The position numbers were made by a program, and so were the translations under genes. The notes beneath the pieces were generated by a model that was not told where the DNA came from, did no database searches, and was given only the letters and a program-made list of their open reading frames with translations. From contig NC_068985.1 of assembly GCF_001194135.2 (NCBI RefSeq), forward strand, positions 49,126,110 to 49,190,109: a DNA stretch of 64,000 bases, read 5' to 3'. Positions 24,955 to 38,790 of this stretch are shown here, piece by piece (the first letter of the stretch is position 1; each line of letters opens with the position of its first letter). The stretch comes from Octopus bimaculoides (lineage: Eukaryota).

Positions 24955-25235
24955 CAGTGGTTTCCAAAGTGGGCAGTACTTACCCCTTGGGTACAGTGGA
25001 AAGATGGGGGGGGGTCGTTGAAGAAAGTGTGGGACGATAATGGGGTAGCTAAAAGGGTGCGACGGCTATAAAAACAACAACAAAATAATGGGTTAATTAG
25101 GTTAAGTTTTATTTGTGAAATACAGTTGTCTTGAATTTGCTGCAGAAAGTGATGTATGTTTGTGGTAGAAGGGGCGCTAAGAATGTGACCTGAGTACCAA
25201 GAGGGCGGCTGCCTGAAATAGTTTGTGAACCACTG
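24955..25235. mobile_element. hAT-type MITE
   Basis: TIR CAGTGGTTTCCAAA / TTTGTGAACCACTG; degenerate 8-bp TSD cattatat / cactgtat. Confidence 0.75.
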
Positions 25236-25781
25236 CACTGTATGAATGGAAGTCAGCCCTAGTACTTTATTTTATCGATTTCGGTGGATGAAAGGAAAGT
25301 TGATTTCTACTGGGTTTGAACACAGTACGTGAAAGAGCCGTAACTAAATACCGTTAGTCATTATTTTGTCAGACTTAACAATTCGACCAATCTCACACTG
25401 CGATGTGTGTGAGAAATAGTCAAATGAGGTCAATATGCTAATGCTTATCGTCATTCTAATAAAACCTTTTATCTTTCGGCAATCTTTAGTTTTGATTTAA
25501 AAGGAATAGTCTTCTCACACACTGTCATGCTGTTTCTTTGAGAATTACACATGACTGTAGAATGCTCAACCATTTACACGTTAATTCAGGAGCGGTAATT
25601 CAGTTAATCGATCTACTGAATCCTAATTATCAAGCGACGGAAATAAAGTGCTCTAAACAGATTTTCCTCTTCTCATAGCAATCTAGCCATTAGGTTTTCT
25701 AGCTCTGTTAATTTGGGATACCCACGCAACGGATTACATAGGAATTTATTGTGAAAATTTTTTTCGACGGCGGGCAAAGAG

Positions 25782-26333
25782 TTTCGAATAATTCACACGA
25801 GTCGACTTTATTTCTAAATAACTTTCAGAAAAATGGATATTTTCTGATGAAATTTTCTACGAACATCTTTCGGATGGTGTAGATTATCATTATATTGGAT
25901 TTTAAAGGGAAAAGGCGGACGTCAGGGATAGGTCGCCCACAAAATCGACCAAAGTTGGTCTGTGGAGGTGTGTGTGGGAAAATTGTTTTTAAATCGTCTT
26001 TTGAAGATTTTTTTTAAATAAAAAGATGTCCCCCGTCATTTCCATGGGCACCGTGAAAAACACATCTGAAACCTCCCCATCAAAACAGAGAAATTCCAAC
26101 TTATGTGGGCAACCTATCTCTGACATCTGGCAAAAAAATTGTGAAGTACATACTTGACACATATCACATATCTACGTAATGGAACTTGAAATTCTCAAAA
26201 AATTGTGATTTGTGTCAGTATATCCGTGTGCGTGTCCATTTCTTTTTTCTTGCATTAAATTCCGTTATGTAATCTACACTTTTTCTGAAAGTTATGAGGA
26301 ATCAAAAGTTGACTCATGTGAATTATCCGAAAC
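25782..26333. mobile_element. Old inverted-repeat element (MITE-like)
   Basis: 25782-25832 is the inverted copy of 26280-26333. Confidence 0.55.
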
Positions 26334-27111
26334 TTCTTCCCACCCACTTTAAAAAATGTTTCACAGCAAATTCTGATATAATCGGAATGAACACTATCTC
26401 AAAAGTTTTTTTGTAGAAAATTTCATCAAAAAAATTATTATTTTTCTGAAAGCTATAAGGAAACATTTCTGAGGGCACACATATGAACAGTTGTTTGTAG
26501 GCTTGACAGTAGCAAGGTAAATCATTCCTTTCTTAAAGTAATATACAGCTTTTGTGCACACCTAGTATCCACAGGTGTTTCAATTCTCTAGTTGCCAGGT
26601 CTCTGCGAGAAGGATTGTATCCAACCATAGATTACTTTGTTTTAACTAAATACTGCTATTAGTTGATGTTCGTGAAATTAAATGGCTCTCTATATTAGTT
26701 GTGAAGTTATATGTTGTCTCTCTGTTTAGTTAAGAAGTTATATGTCTCTCTAGTTGTTTAATTCCACAAAGATTTTTTTAAAAATTTGTCTGCAAGGGTT
26801 AATTTTAAGAAGTAAAGCTAAAAATATTGCAATCCCAAGGAGTCTTTACCTTGCCATGCAGGTCATTACCAGAAGCTCAGTGGTCATGTGACATACCTAT
26901 CTTAACATTCTCAAATCACAAAAAAAAAAAGAAAACAAATGGTGACAGTGTACCCCAATCCTTATTTTCCATAATTTTTCAATTCTGACTTGCTTTTGAA
27001 ATCTTTTTTTTTTCTTCCTGATTTATATTTTAAACATCTGAAGATTTTTAAACAAATATCTGAAGAATTTTTCAAAAGTTTTAAAATGTTGGAATATCCC
27101 TGTTAAGTGAA

Positions 27112-27441
27112 GGCACATAGCTCAGAGGTTAGAGCATCAAACTCACAATCATGAGGTAGTGAGTTTGATTCCTGGACCTTGCTGTTAGTTGTGTTCTTGA
27201 GCAAGACACTTTGTTTCATCTTGCTCCAATTCACTGAGCTTTAGAAATGAGCTGCAACGTCACTGGTGCCAAGCTGTATTGGCCTCTGCCTTTCTCTTGG
27301 ATAACATCGGTGGCGTGGAGAAGGGAGGCTGGTATGCATGGGTGACTGGTCTTCCATAAACAGCCTTTCCCAAACTTGTGCCTTGGAGAGGAACTTTCTA
27401 GGTGTGATCCCATAGTCATTCATGACCAAAGGAGGTCTTTA
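27112..27441 (+). mobile_element. SINE-C, intact but CpG-decayed
   Basis: Collinear with the split copy at 19686-20392; many CG->TG/CA changes. Confidence 0.9.
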
Positions 27442-27850
27442 CCATGTTCAATTTACCATCCCAGTTAAATTTTCAAAATGATAGAATGTTACATTGGCAA
27501 GGAATCCTAACTTTGCCATTGTGCAAAACAGATATAAACTAACAAACCTACTCAAGCCATAGCTCGTTCCAAGATTAGCAATGCATGCTTTTACTGGCAG
27601 TCCAGTGGCTGTGTAATGTACCTCACATTGTAATAACATTCTTAAATCACAAGTAAGCAAGTATTATAGTTTACACATTTTGCTTATTTCTGGATTACAG
27701 GATTAAAAATAACATCAAAATTTTTGGTTTATGAGATAATCTCTGACTATTCTTTAGGGACACCTATGATATCTATAATTTTAAAAGTTGTCCTGGTTTG
27801 ATATATTTTGAAGGTTATACTTTGAGCCTATAATATTATGGTAAGGATCT

Positions 27851-28100
27851 CATCATCATCATCATTTAATGTCTGTTGTCTATGCTGGCATGGGTTGGAT
27901 GGTTTGACCAGAGCTGGGGAGCTGCACCTGACTTCAGTCTGATTTGACATGGTTTCTATGGCCAGATGCCCTTTCTAATGCTGCCAAGCAGAAGCACAAC
28001 TGAGGCTACATTCCTGGTTAGACAACTGCAGGAGAAATACCTAGCCAAAAATAAACCTCTGTACCTGGCTTTAGTAGTCATGGAGAAAGCCTTTGACAAA
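27851..28100. mobile_element. RTE LINE debris: minus-strand 3' tail (27851-27990) plus a + strand RT fragment (28000-28100)
   Basis: (CAT)n tail with GCTGGCATGGGTTGGATGGTTTGAC; peptide FLVRQLQEKYLAKNKPLYLALVVMEKAFD. Confidence 0.75.
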
Positions 28101-28460
28101 TAGAGAAAGTTAGATGTTAAATTATCACATGGTATCATTACTTTGAACAAAATTAAAACATCCATTACAATGTAGGTATGAAATGCATTAGAAAAATATA
28201 CGCTGCAACGGTTAACTTGTGTGTGTATGTATGTATGTATTTTATTTTACTTGTTTCAGTTATTTGACTAGGCCATACTGGAGTACCATCTTAATGGGTT
28301 TTTAGTTGAATAAACCAACCCCCCAGGACTTATTTCTTAAACCTAGTACTTATTCTATCAGACATTTTTGCTGAACCACTAAATTGTGGAGATGTAAACA
28401 CACCAACACTGGTTGTTAAACAGTGATGGGGGCACAAACACACATGCACACATATATACA

Positions 28461-28830
28461 CAGGGTGGCCACAAAGTCATGCACCATGGGAGATGTCAAG
28501 CATGGTTTATTAGCAATGAAGTAGATAATCCATTACAAATGTTGCAGGTTATAAGGATGAAATAGTTCCGATTTGAGGATTTTCTGCATTGCTGAACAAG
28601 GAACATTAAGTTCTTGAGATGACCTACAGACTTTGTTGGACTGGCTACCACTTTTGCTAAAACAACTTCTCTCACATCATCAGTTATGGCAGGCTGCCCT
28701 GAATGATTATCATCCATAACACTGCTTGTTCTTTTAAACATATTCAGGAGTCTGATGACAGAATGACTTAATCGAGAACTGGGATGCCATCTGCTGAATT
28801 TTTCTACTACTTGTTGCATAGACCATTTTT
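28461..28830 (-). mobile_element. Tc1/mariner-superfamily transposase remnant (N-terminal HTH region) with one terminus
   Basis: CAGGGTGGCC terminus; peptide VIRLLNMFKRTSSVMDDNHSGQP..V..SPTKS resembles the KF..TGSV.D..RSGRP motif. Confidence 0.65.
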
Positions 28831-28836
28831 CTCTTC

Positions 28837-28870
<34 letters not shown>

Positions 28871-29964
28871 NNNNNNNNNNNNNNNNNNNNNNNNNNNNNN
28901 NNNNNNNNNNNNNNNNNNNNNNNNNNNNNNNNNNNNNNNNNNNNNNNNNNNNNNNNNNNNNNNNNNNNNNNNNNNNNNNNNNNNNNNNNNNNNNNNNNNN
29001 NNNNNNNNNNNNNNNNNNNNNNNNNNNNNNNNNNNNNNNNNNNNNNNNNNNNNNNNNNNNNNNNNNNNNNNNNNNNNNNNNNNNNNNNNNNNNNNNNNNN
29101 NNNNNNNNNNNNNNNNNNNNNNNNNNNNNNNNNNNNNNNNNNNNNNNNNNNNNNNNNNNNNNNNNNNNNNNNNNNNNNNNNNNNNNNNNNNNNNNNNNNN
29201 NNNNNNNNNNNNNNNNNNNNNNNNNNNNNNNNNNNNNNNNNNNNNNNNNNNNNNNNNNNNNNNNNNNNNNNNNNNNNNNNNTATACACGAAGATGAAGTG
29301 AAAGAACAGCAAATAATGTGTATTAGTTTAATGCTCTGGGAAAATGGGGCAAGTCTTTGAATGTTTTGAGACTTCTACAGATAAGGATAGATGAGGAGAG
29401 AGAGAGAGAGGGAAAAGAACGTGTCTGAATTAACAGTTACTGTATGTTGAACTGACTGGAGGAGGGAGGAATTGGCTGAAGGCATGGATGGCAGGCGAGA
29501 TAACAGTTGTCTGACAAAGATGTGGTGGGGGGGGGCAAGTACAGGTGTGAGTATGAAGCTTGCCCTGTATGATTGAACCTCTTCCTCTTTTGAACTCTCA
29601 TCTCCTTTCCGACCTATGTCTTGGACTATTGCCATCTCCCAAGGAGTGACTATCTTATCACGGAATTCCACCAGGATTACCACTGGAACTTTAGAATTCT
29701 TGGATTACCACTTTCATGGATGTTACTGTGTACTGTTGTTGACTGCAAGTGCCACATAAAAAGCACTCAACCCATTCTGTGAAGTGGTTGGTATTAGGAA
29801 GGGCATCCAGCCATAAAAATCATGCCAAAACGGACACAGAAGCATGGTGCAGGCTCCAGCCTTGCCAGCCCCTGACAAACTATCCAATCTATACCAGCAT
29901 GGAATGAGGACATTACAATTCTTTATTCTTGGAAGGAGGATGGACGTTATGTTCTTTTACTCCT

Positions 29965-30158
29965 TGACTTATTTCAGTCATTTGATTGCAGGCATGCTGG
30001 AGCACTGAAAATTGACCCCCCAGAACTTATTCTTCGTAAGCCTTGTGCTTATTCTGTCCCTTTTGCCAAACCGCTAAGTTACAGGGATGTAAACACCAAC
30101 TCAGTTGTCAAGCAGTAGTGGAGGGACAAACACAGACACACAAATACATACATATATA

Positions 30159-30194
<36 letters not shown>

Positions 30195-30280
30195 ACACAC
30201 CAGACTTCTTTCAGTTTCCATCTACCAAATCCACTCAGAAGGCTTTGATTAGTCTGAGGTTATAGAAAGCACTTGCTCAN
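29965..30280 (-). mobile_element. SINE-D
   Basis: Reverse-complement family motifs (CTTCTTTCAGTTTCCATCTACCAAATCCACTCA). Confidence 0.8.
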
Positions 30281-31005
30281 NNNNNNNNNATCCGGTTTCA
30301 CCAGTCCTCAGTCAAATCGTCCAACCCATGCTAGCATGGAAAGCGGACGTTAAACGATGATGATGATGATGATGATGATACATATATAATATAAACACAC
30401 ACACATATGTATAATGTGCACACACTGTCTCTTAGATCTTAAAGTGACTTTGTAGCAAATCAAATTTAATTTCTACTTTTAATATTTATGTTGATATGAG
30501 ATAAACTAGACATGGGTCAGGAAAAAAAAAAAAAAAATTGATCTTGTCATCACATGTGAACATTGATTATTAATATGTCACTCTAGTTAGAGAAAGAACT
30601 TGCAATCCTCCTCTGTCAATTTATTAAAAATAACTGCTATGCTTTTACATGAATACAGACAGTAATCAATATAATGTGATATTGACAGAAATGACTTAAG
30701 TGTTTTACAGTGACAATTTAATGTTGTCTTAAACCTGTGTGTGTGGCACATCCTCTACTTCAGTGTCTGAAATAAGAAGTTTTTGAAATGCAAAATGTAT
30801 CTGATTCATTTGTGTGCTGACATGAAAATATGTTTTTTACTGTATATTATTGTTCCAGTCATTCGATTACGACCATGCTGGAACACTGCCTTGAAGTGTT
30901 TAGTCAGTGAAATTGACCCCAGTATTAATTTTATATTGTGTATTTTCTGTCAGTCTCATTTTGTCCAGCCTCCAAGTTATGAGGATGTGAATAAACTTGT
31001 CAAAC

Positions 31006-31050
<45 letters not shown>

Positions 31051-32201
31051 CTCTTATATAATATAATGCACATATATATCTGCACAGTTAACATCTATCA
31101 AATTCATTCGCAAGGCATTTGTCAGCCCAGGGCTATAATAGAAAGCATTTACTCAAGGTGCCTTGCAATGAGACTGAACTTGAAACCACAATATTGAGAG
31201 ACCAACTTCTTAACCACACGGCCATTCTCCTCTTTTTTTTTTTTTAACATTCCATCATGTCTGCCTCTTCTTCTTTTGAAAGCATTTCATCTGGGACCAT
31301 CCAGTCTTTGTTAGAGCATTTTGAATGTAACCATCCCATCTTCCTTTTAAACCAAATGTCTGTCATGTTACCCTTCTGTTTGTTTTATAAATATACAAGA
31401 GTACCCAATCCATCAATAATGATAAGAGTTATTGTTGAAGAATTACCCAATGAAAATTAATAATTACAAGATGGGGAAATAAATAAAAATGCTAAAATAA
31501 CAGGAAAATAAGAAAATTGTATTTATCACTCCCAAAATACTATACAGGTATTCACTGTATTTGTCTTTGCTATTAATTAACATATCTTATGGAGGCATGA
31601 CGAGGCACAAACACACCTTGGCCTTCTGAATTTCCGATCTGTAATATCAGTGTTCCTAACCCTAACCCAGATCAGGTCATTTCACAGTGTAGACTACAGA
31701 TACTGCAGAAGACCGCATGCTAAAATAGCATTGAAATTTCTTATGACTGTTGTGATGCCAGGCAAATCATTTGAATTTATGAACATTAAAACATCTGCGA
31801 GACAATGAAGGTAGCAGAATTATCTTCCGAGTACAAAAAGAAACAACTCCAGCAAGTAAGTGGAGATTTAGAAAGAGAGATTTTTATTGGTCTACATGGA
31901 AAAAAAAATATCAATTCAAACTTAAGTGCCATTGTTCTATAGTATGGCAGCAGCTTACATCAACAAAAGAACTGTTTGGGCTACAATAATGATGAAGAAA
32001 TCTCTTATAAATGTTGTGATACACTGCTAATTGTCAAGATTTATAAATATTAAAATATTAGTTAAGCAGAATGAACTTTAGTCTATGAAAGACAAACAGA
32101 ACAACTAAGTAGAGATGCTTTGCAGTAAGAAAAGTAGAAATACTGTTGGTTGAGAAGTGAATTTCTTTAACTTCACAGCTGTGCCTTCACATACATATGT
32201 A

Positions 32202-33119
32202 TTGGGTCATACCATAAATAATGCAGTTTTTTCAATTACATGAACTAAAAGTTGGAGGGGAATGATATAAACTACCCACATCAACTTGCTCTATAAGCAA
32301 GTAGTACTTTTTACCTTGTACTTATTCTTAGTGCAAATTTTGAAGAGTGCAGTTTGATTTTAACAGTTATTTTTTCAAAGCTACAATGGAAGTGACAAAG
32401 GAGCATTTTCAGCATATTATGCTTTATGAGTTCAATAAAGGCAACAATGCAGCGGAAAGTGTAAGGAATATTAATGCAGTATATGGGGATTGGACAATAA
32501 GCGTAAGCCAGTGTCAATGGTGGCTCTAGAAATTCTGAGCTGGAAACTACAGCCTAGAAGATGAACCTCATCCTGGAAGATCTGTAGAGCTCAATGAGAA
32601 CATCCTGCAAACTCTGGTAGAACAAAATCCTATCGTAACTGTTGAGGAACTAGTAGAGAAGCTTAGATTTGGTCATTTGGCCAGTCATTCAAGTCAGCAC
32701 TAGAAGAAAAAGAACCATCTTTGGCTTCAAGACAAAAGGTGTTCTTCCATCAGTATAATGCTCAGCCACATACAACAAGGATGACATTCCAAAGGCTGGA
32801 GCAGTTTGAATGGGAAACGATGCCCCACCCACCATAATTGCCAGACATTATCCCCATCTGATCATTTATTCCGCAGTCTTCAAAATCATTTGGATGGAAA
32901 AATATGAATTCTGTAGACGAGGTCAGAACAGTATTAAAAGAGTATTTTTTGTCAAGGACAAGTGAATTTTGGAAGAGGAGCCTTGCAAGTCTACCAGATA
33001 GATGGAAAGGCATTGTAGAAAATGGAGAGTATATTTTAGATTAAAAAAGAACTTTATCTTAATTCTGAAAAATGATAGAAGTATAAAAAAAAAAAAACAT
33101 TATATATGGAATGGCCCAA
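32202..33119 (+). mobile_element. Internally deleted mariner (DD34D) element with both TIRs
   Basis: TIR TTGGGTCATACCATAAATAATG / CATTATATATGGAATGGCCCAA with TA flanks. Peptides HIMLYEFNKGNNAAES..INAVYGD, LEDEPHPGRS, HQYNAQPH, WETMPHPP*LPDI (HPPYSPDL). Stops present. Confidence 0.92.
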
Positions 33120-33139
33120 TATATATATACTCTTACATA

Positions 33140-33803
33140 TATCCTCCTCCATGTTTAACAGTTGGAAGAAGGCAGTCTAGATCAAATGCTTCTTTTGGCT
33201 GTCCCTACATGTATACTTGGCACGTGATCGGAAATATGGTAAAGATGACTCGTCTGAGAAAACAACATTCTTCCACTGCTCTAGGGACCAATTCTGTAGG
33301 TTTTTACTCCAGTCTAGACGCTTTGCAATGTTTGTTTTTGAAAGCAGTGGTTTTCTGATTGCAGCCCTCCTGTGAAAGCCGGCTTTGTGCAGCTCCCTGT
33401 GAACAGTTTTTGTGGAAACTGAGTTCTCAAAGTGGTCATTAAGCTCTGCAGTAATTTTTGGAGCTGTACTTTTGGGATCCTTTCTAACAATTCGCATAAA
33501 AGTCCGACAGTCCCTATCTGAAAGTTTTGGTTCCTAACATTTCGGCTGTTTTCATTATGCTAGCACCTGCCATGTGAGCACCAACAATTTGACCTCTTTG
33601 AAAGTCCAATAGATTTGTCATTTTAAGGAATTTTAATTACCTTTTTTCTGATGATATCTGAAAAGAAACAGCAATTTTAGCAAAACATATTAAGCAACAC
33701 AAGTAATTAATCAAAAATCATAAAAATAAACAAGCTTTTGATGGTTTTATAGACATTTCAAAATTATGATGCTAGGTGTTTCCATTATTTTGTCCAACCC
33801 CTA
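33140..33803 (-). mobile_element. Tc1-like transposon, 5' half
   Basis: ORF 33177..33497 (TAPKITAEL..VSTKTVHREL..G..RKPLL..RL.W..W..VVFSDES); TIR GGTGTTTCCATTATTTTGTCCAACCCCT at ~33776-33802. Confidence 0.9.
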
Positions 33804-34627
33804 TATATCATCATCTTTTAATGTCTGTTTTCCATGCTGGCATTGGTTGGGCATACACACACACATCTATGTGCAAACATAGCTGTGTGGTTAAGAAGTT
33901 TGCTTCCCAATCATATGATCTTGAGTTCAGCCTCACTGCACAGCACCTTGGGCAAGTGAGATAGCTGACCAAAGCCTTGTGAGTAGATTTGGTAAATGGG
34001 AATGAAAGAAGCTATGTGTGTGTGTGTGTGCATTTATGTCATATCCTTGATTTGTACCCTTGTTGACCTGATGGTTGTAAATAAACATCATCACCATACA
34101 AGTGAGGTTGCTTGTTTCAAATATTCTGTGAAAGTCATGTCTTGCAATTGGAAAATATTATCTTGCTTGGAAACAGTTGAGAGCTGGTAACAGGAAGGAC
34201 ATCCAACTATAGAAAATCTGCCTGAATGAATTCTCTCTACTCCATGCATGCGTAGGAAAGTTGACATTAAATTATTAAAATGTATATGTTTGTTCATTTA
34301 ACATACATTTTCCCATGCTGGTATGGGTTGAATGCTAACTTATTTGAGGTTGCATTTTACAGTGAAATGTTGTTCCTGTTGTCATCCCTAAAGTTGCGGA
34401 ATGTAATTTCAACATTCATGCACATATGTTCAACCATACTTATATCATCATCATTTAATATCTATCTTCCATGCTGGCATGGCTTGAGCTGCTTGACAGG
34501 ATCCACGAAGTTGGAGTACTGCTTCACACTTTGATGTCTATTTTGGCATGGTTCCACAGCAGGATATCCTTCCTAATACCAACTACTTTATAGAATCTAT
34601 ACCCATCCATTATATTACATATGTATA

Positions 34628-34990
34628 CGTGGCTGTGTGGTAAGAAGCTTGCTTCCCAACCACATGCTTCCAGGTTCAGTTCTACTGTGTGGTACCTTAG
34701 GCAAAAGTCTTCTATTATAGCCTTGGGCTGACCAAAGCCATGTGAGTGGATTTGGTAGATGGAAACTAAAAGAAGCCTGTCGTATATATGTGTGTCTTTG
34801 TGTCTGTCCCCCATCATTGCTTGACAACCAGTGTTGGTGTGTTTACATCCCTGTAACTTAGCAGTTCAGCAAGGAAACCAATAAAATATGAGTTAGGACT
34901 TAAAAGTAAGTCCTGAGGTTGTATTGTTCGACAGAAACACTTCAGAGCAGTGCTCCAGCATAGCCACAGTCAATTGACTTTAACAAATAA
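34628..34990 (+). mobile_element. SINE-D, CpG-decayed
   Basis: Full family organisation. Confidence 0.85.
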
Positions 34991-37900
34991 AAGAAAAAAA
35001 AATATACTGATTAGACTTGTTGACATACACAAATAAAAATACACACATAAATATACACAACTATCAAGTGTGTATAAGTTATTTTTGGTTTCCTGTTTTA
35101 GTTACTGACTTCGCTTTTTTTTTTTTTTTACTTGCTCTTCCATAAAATGTTTTGTGTTGACTTCTCATTCTTATCTGTGAATAGTAATTTATCAATATCC
35201 TATATATTCATACATAGGTAGACAAAACTATGCAGTATTATATCTAGTCACACACCATATAAGCAGACACATACTATTGTATTCCTATTCAGACCTATAC
35301 ACACGAATACATATAATCTATACAAGTTTATAAAGCTGTAAATAACATTGTCTACTTTATTATGAGAAGGTAATTCACACATATATATTTCTGTTTTCTT
35401 TATTTTCTTCCTCTTCAGTTCTTATACAAACACATGACTAAACTCTGTGTTCAACACCAATTCAGGAGGTGGGGTGGAGGAATCTTCTTAAAGTTTTTTA
35501 TATATATTTCACCCCTTCCTATCCAGATTTTTGTTATTATTTAAGTGAGCTCTATGATCAGTGGCATTCCAGTTGTAACTAGACTTAATAAATTTCCCAG
35601 TTCTACACCATCACCAGGCTTTTAAGTTCTGTTAGTGGAGTCCACTTTGATGCCGGTAGTCAGACCCAGTTCCTTGTCAAAGGATAACTTTCCACCTGTT
35701 TTGGAGGCCCTGCAAAAGGGACAGGAGGACTTCCCCTCCACTAGAGTTAAACATTTAAAAAAAATTTGCTGAGTTGCTAAGAAATTTATTTTGCAATCAC
35801 AAGATCCCTGATTCAGTCTCACTGTGTGACGTCTTAGACAAATGCCTTATCTTAGCTTTGGGTTGAACCAAGCCCTTTGAATGAATTTGCATAGATAAAA
35901 ACTGTGTTGAAGCACACTGGATGAATTGTACCTGTAAAATAAAAGTCCAGCCTTGTCATACACTACATCATATTGATTTTGCTTCAAAGCCACCATATTT
36001 GCTTGTGTATAAGTTACTCTATTTTGTACTTGATTTTTAACGGACAAAACTGAGGTGTGACTTATACACAGAGCAAAGCTAAAGCTATGAAAGAAAAATA
36101 TTGTACCAAGATTTAACATTAAATTAGGTATGTGGCTTATACATGATTAAATACTGTATGTTGGGTACATGTATTTGAAATACTCAGACACACATTCATT
36201 CAATGAGTAGGTAATTCATTTGATCGACCATTGAGGCATTGTTCTTCATAGAAGAGCTCACCACATGAGTCTTTAATCTGAGTTTGGTGTTGATAAATGT
36301 TGAAGAAAAGAAGCGGCATGACAAAATGTAACTAAACACATTTGTAAATATATCAATAGATCGTCATTCTGCTTTCGTTCAATCATTTGAATAATCAGCA
36401 GTATGAAAGTCAGAGTAACAATTCAAGAAGCTTCAGGTTCAAACGTAAAATACACACTATATGTATTGAGCACTTTTCCCTTCATTTCTAAGCACGTTGA
36501 ATGTTGTGTGTGTGTATATGTATTTGAGTAAGAGATGTAAATCTTGGAAAGAAAAGCCAAAAGAAAAAAAGCAAGAAAATAATAATAATAATAATAATAA
36601 ATCAGTACTTTTTGAGTGATATGTTATGAAACGACAAAGATCTGTTTGGATTTTTGATAACAAAATTTTTATTCTTCCCTTAAACAAAAAGCAAACGTCA
36701 TTACAACGAATGACATGTTGAGTAAGTTTGAATGTTATTATTCTTGGTGTAATTGTAATAGTAATCAGAAAGTTAGCTGCTGGTTGTTGTGTTGCTGTCG
36801 CAGATCATTATTGTTTAGCTGCTGTGTGACATCTCTTTTGGCTGTCTCCTTTGGTGTCTTCTTAATGCTCTCTGTCAAGTAGTTAAGAAGTACTGAATAT
36901 AAACTGATGGATAGGCTGAGAGAGAAAGGCATTAAAAAATTTGAGTTATTATTGTAGCCAGTTCTAGATGTAGTCATGATTGGCCAGATTTTGTTGATCA
37001 TGTGGGTAATAGTCTAGTGAGTTGCAACATAAATATAGTGATCGGACTGCTGAATATTCCTACTACAGATATATATATATATATAAAAAGTTAAATATCA
37101 GCCATCACCTCTTTGTTCATTTGTTTGTTTACATGCATTTTTTCTTTGCTAACATGTATATTATTGAGGTATTGTTTTACATCCAGATACTTTTTCTGTC
37201 ATTAACCCTTAACTTTTTTCAAATAAGGGATTTCTTATTCCCAACATCTTTCAATATGTAAAGCTAGTGGATGATGTGTTGACAAGGAAGTGAAAGTAAT
37301 GTCACTGCTTCTAGGCTACCAATTTTTGGAGAAGCGTGTCTATATATAGACATTCATACACACATATATTTATATATACATACATTGACACACGCATGTA
37401 TATACTAACACAAACACAGCAAGTTTCTCCGTTTCCATCTACCAAATTTATTTACTTTGTTTGGTCAACCCCAGGCTAGAATAGAAGATACACGCCTAAA
37501 CTGCCACACATGGGACTAGGTCCAAAACTACATATAGAAAAGTGAATTTCTTAACCACACAACTCTGTCTGTGCTTGTAATTGCAGCTGACTTTTGTTAA
37601 TTTGTCAGCACAATACAGAATTTGCTGAACTGTTAGCTGTCTATTTACTAAACAGTAGTAATATCTGTTGTAAATTGAACACTTTCACTTGTTCCTAATT
37701 GATACTTTACTCCTTGTCACTGTTAAGGTTGAAATGTCACCACCTCCACCTCATGTTAAATGTGGACAGGTAGCAATTAGTTAAGTAATACTTATATTTG
37801 ATTATAGGAATTGTCTTTTAATGGCATTTAGTTGTGTGATTATGAAATTTGCTTAAAAATGGTTTTGGGCTCAGTTCCACTGAGTGATAATACCTAGGGT

Positions 37901-38414
37901 AAGTATCTTCTATCATAACTTGAGAATAACTAAAGGTTTGTGAGTGTAAATTGATTGATGGAAACTACATTTCAGATGGACTGTTCCTGTTCTTCGCTTG
38001 CAGGCAATCTGTCACCCAGCTTAACACTGTTACCTGGTCCATTGGGCGTCATTAATGCCATCCACGTTATTGCAAGCATTCAATTCAGCTCTGTGGTCTG
38101 AGGATAACTTCCACCTTTCCATCTGCCTTAGAGACACTGAAAAGGGTCATTGGCTTCTGCCCTTTTCTAACAAAGCAGTAAAAAAATATATTGATAAAAA
38201 TACCTGGTTATTCTTGACAGAAGGCTCCTATAATCAAAGGTATTTGCAGTTATGACCTGACCATCCCATTTTCTTTTTTCTTTTCTTTTATATACAGTAT
38301 ATCTAGGGCACGACATTACCAAACTGTTCTCTTTTTTATAAACATTAGGAAGTGATTTGAGAGAAACTTGGCTGCTGTTTCTAGTAGGGCAAGCAACCAC
38401 ATAGTGAACTTTTT

Positions 38415-38790
38415 CTGTTACTTGTTTCAGTCATTAGACTGTATCCATACTGGGGCACTGTGTTGAAGAATTTTTAGTCAAATTGACCAATCTCAGTATT
38501 TATTTTTATTTTAAGCCTGGAACTTATTCTATTGGTTTCTTTTGCTGAACTGCTTAGTTACAAGGTTGTCAAACAGTGGTGGAGTCAAACATACACATAA
38601 AGACATACACACATGCATGCATATATATTTATGATGGACTTCTTTCAGTTTCTGTCTACCAAATCCACTCGCAAGGCTTTGGTCTGCCCAAGGCTATAGT
38701 AGAGGACACTTGGCCAAGGTACCACGCAGAAGGACTGAACCCAGAACCATGTGGTAGAGAAGCAAACTTCTACCACACAACGACACCTGT
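38415..38790 (-). mobile_element. SINE-D, CpG-decayed
   Basis: Full family organisation on the minus strand. Confidence 0.85.

Noticed and set aside
31655-31670. Telomere-like CCTAACCCTAACCC (and TTAGGGTTAGGGG at ~43018)
   Set aside because: Only about two units; too short to call interstitial telomere.
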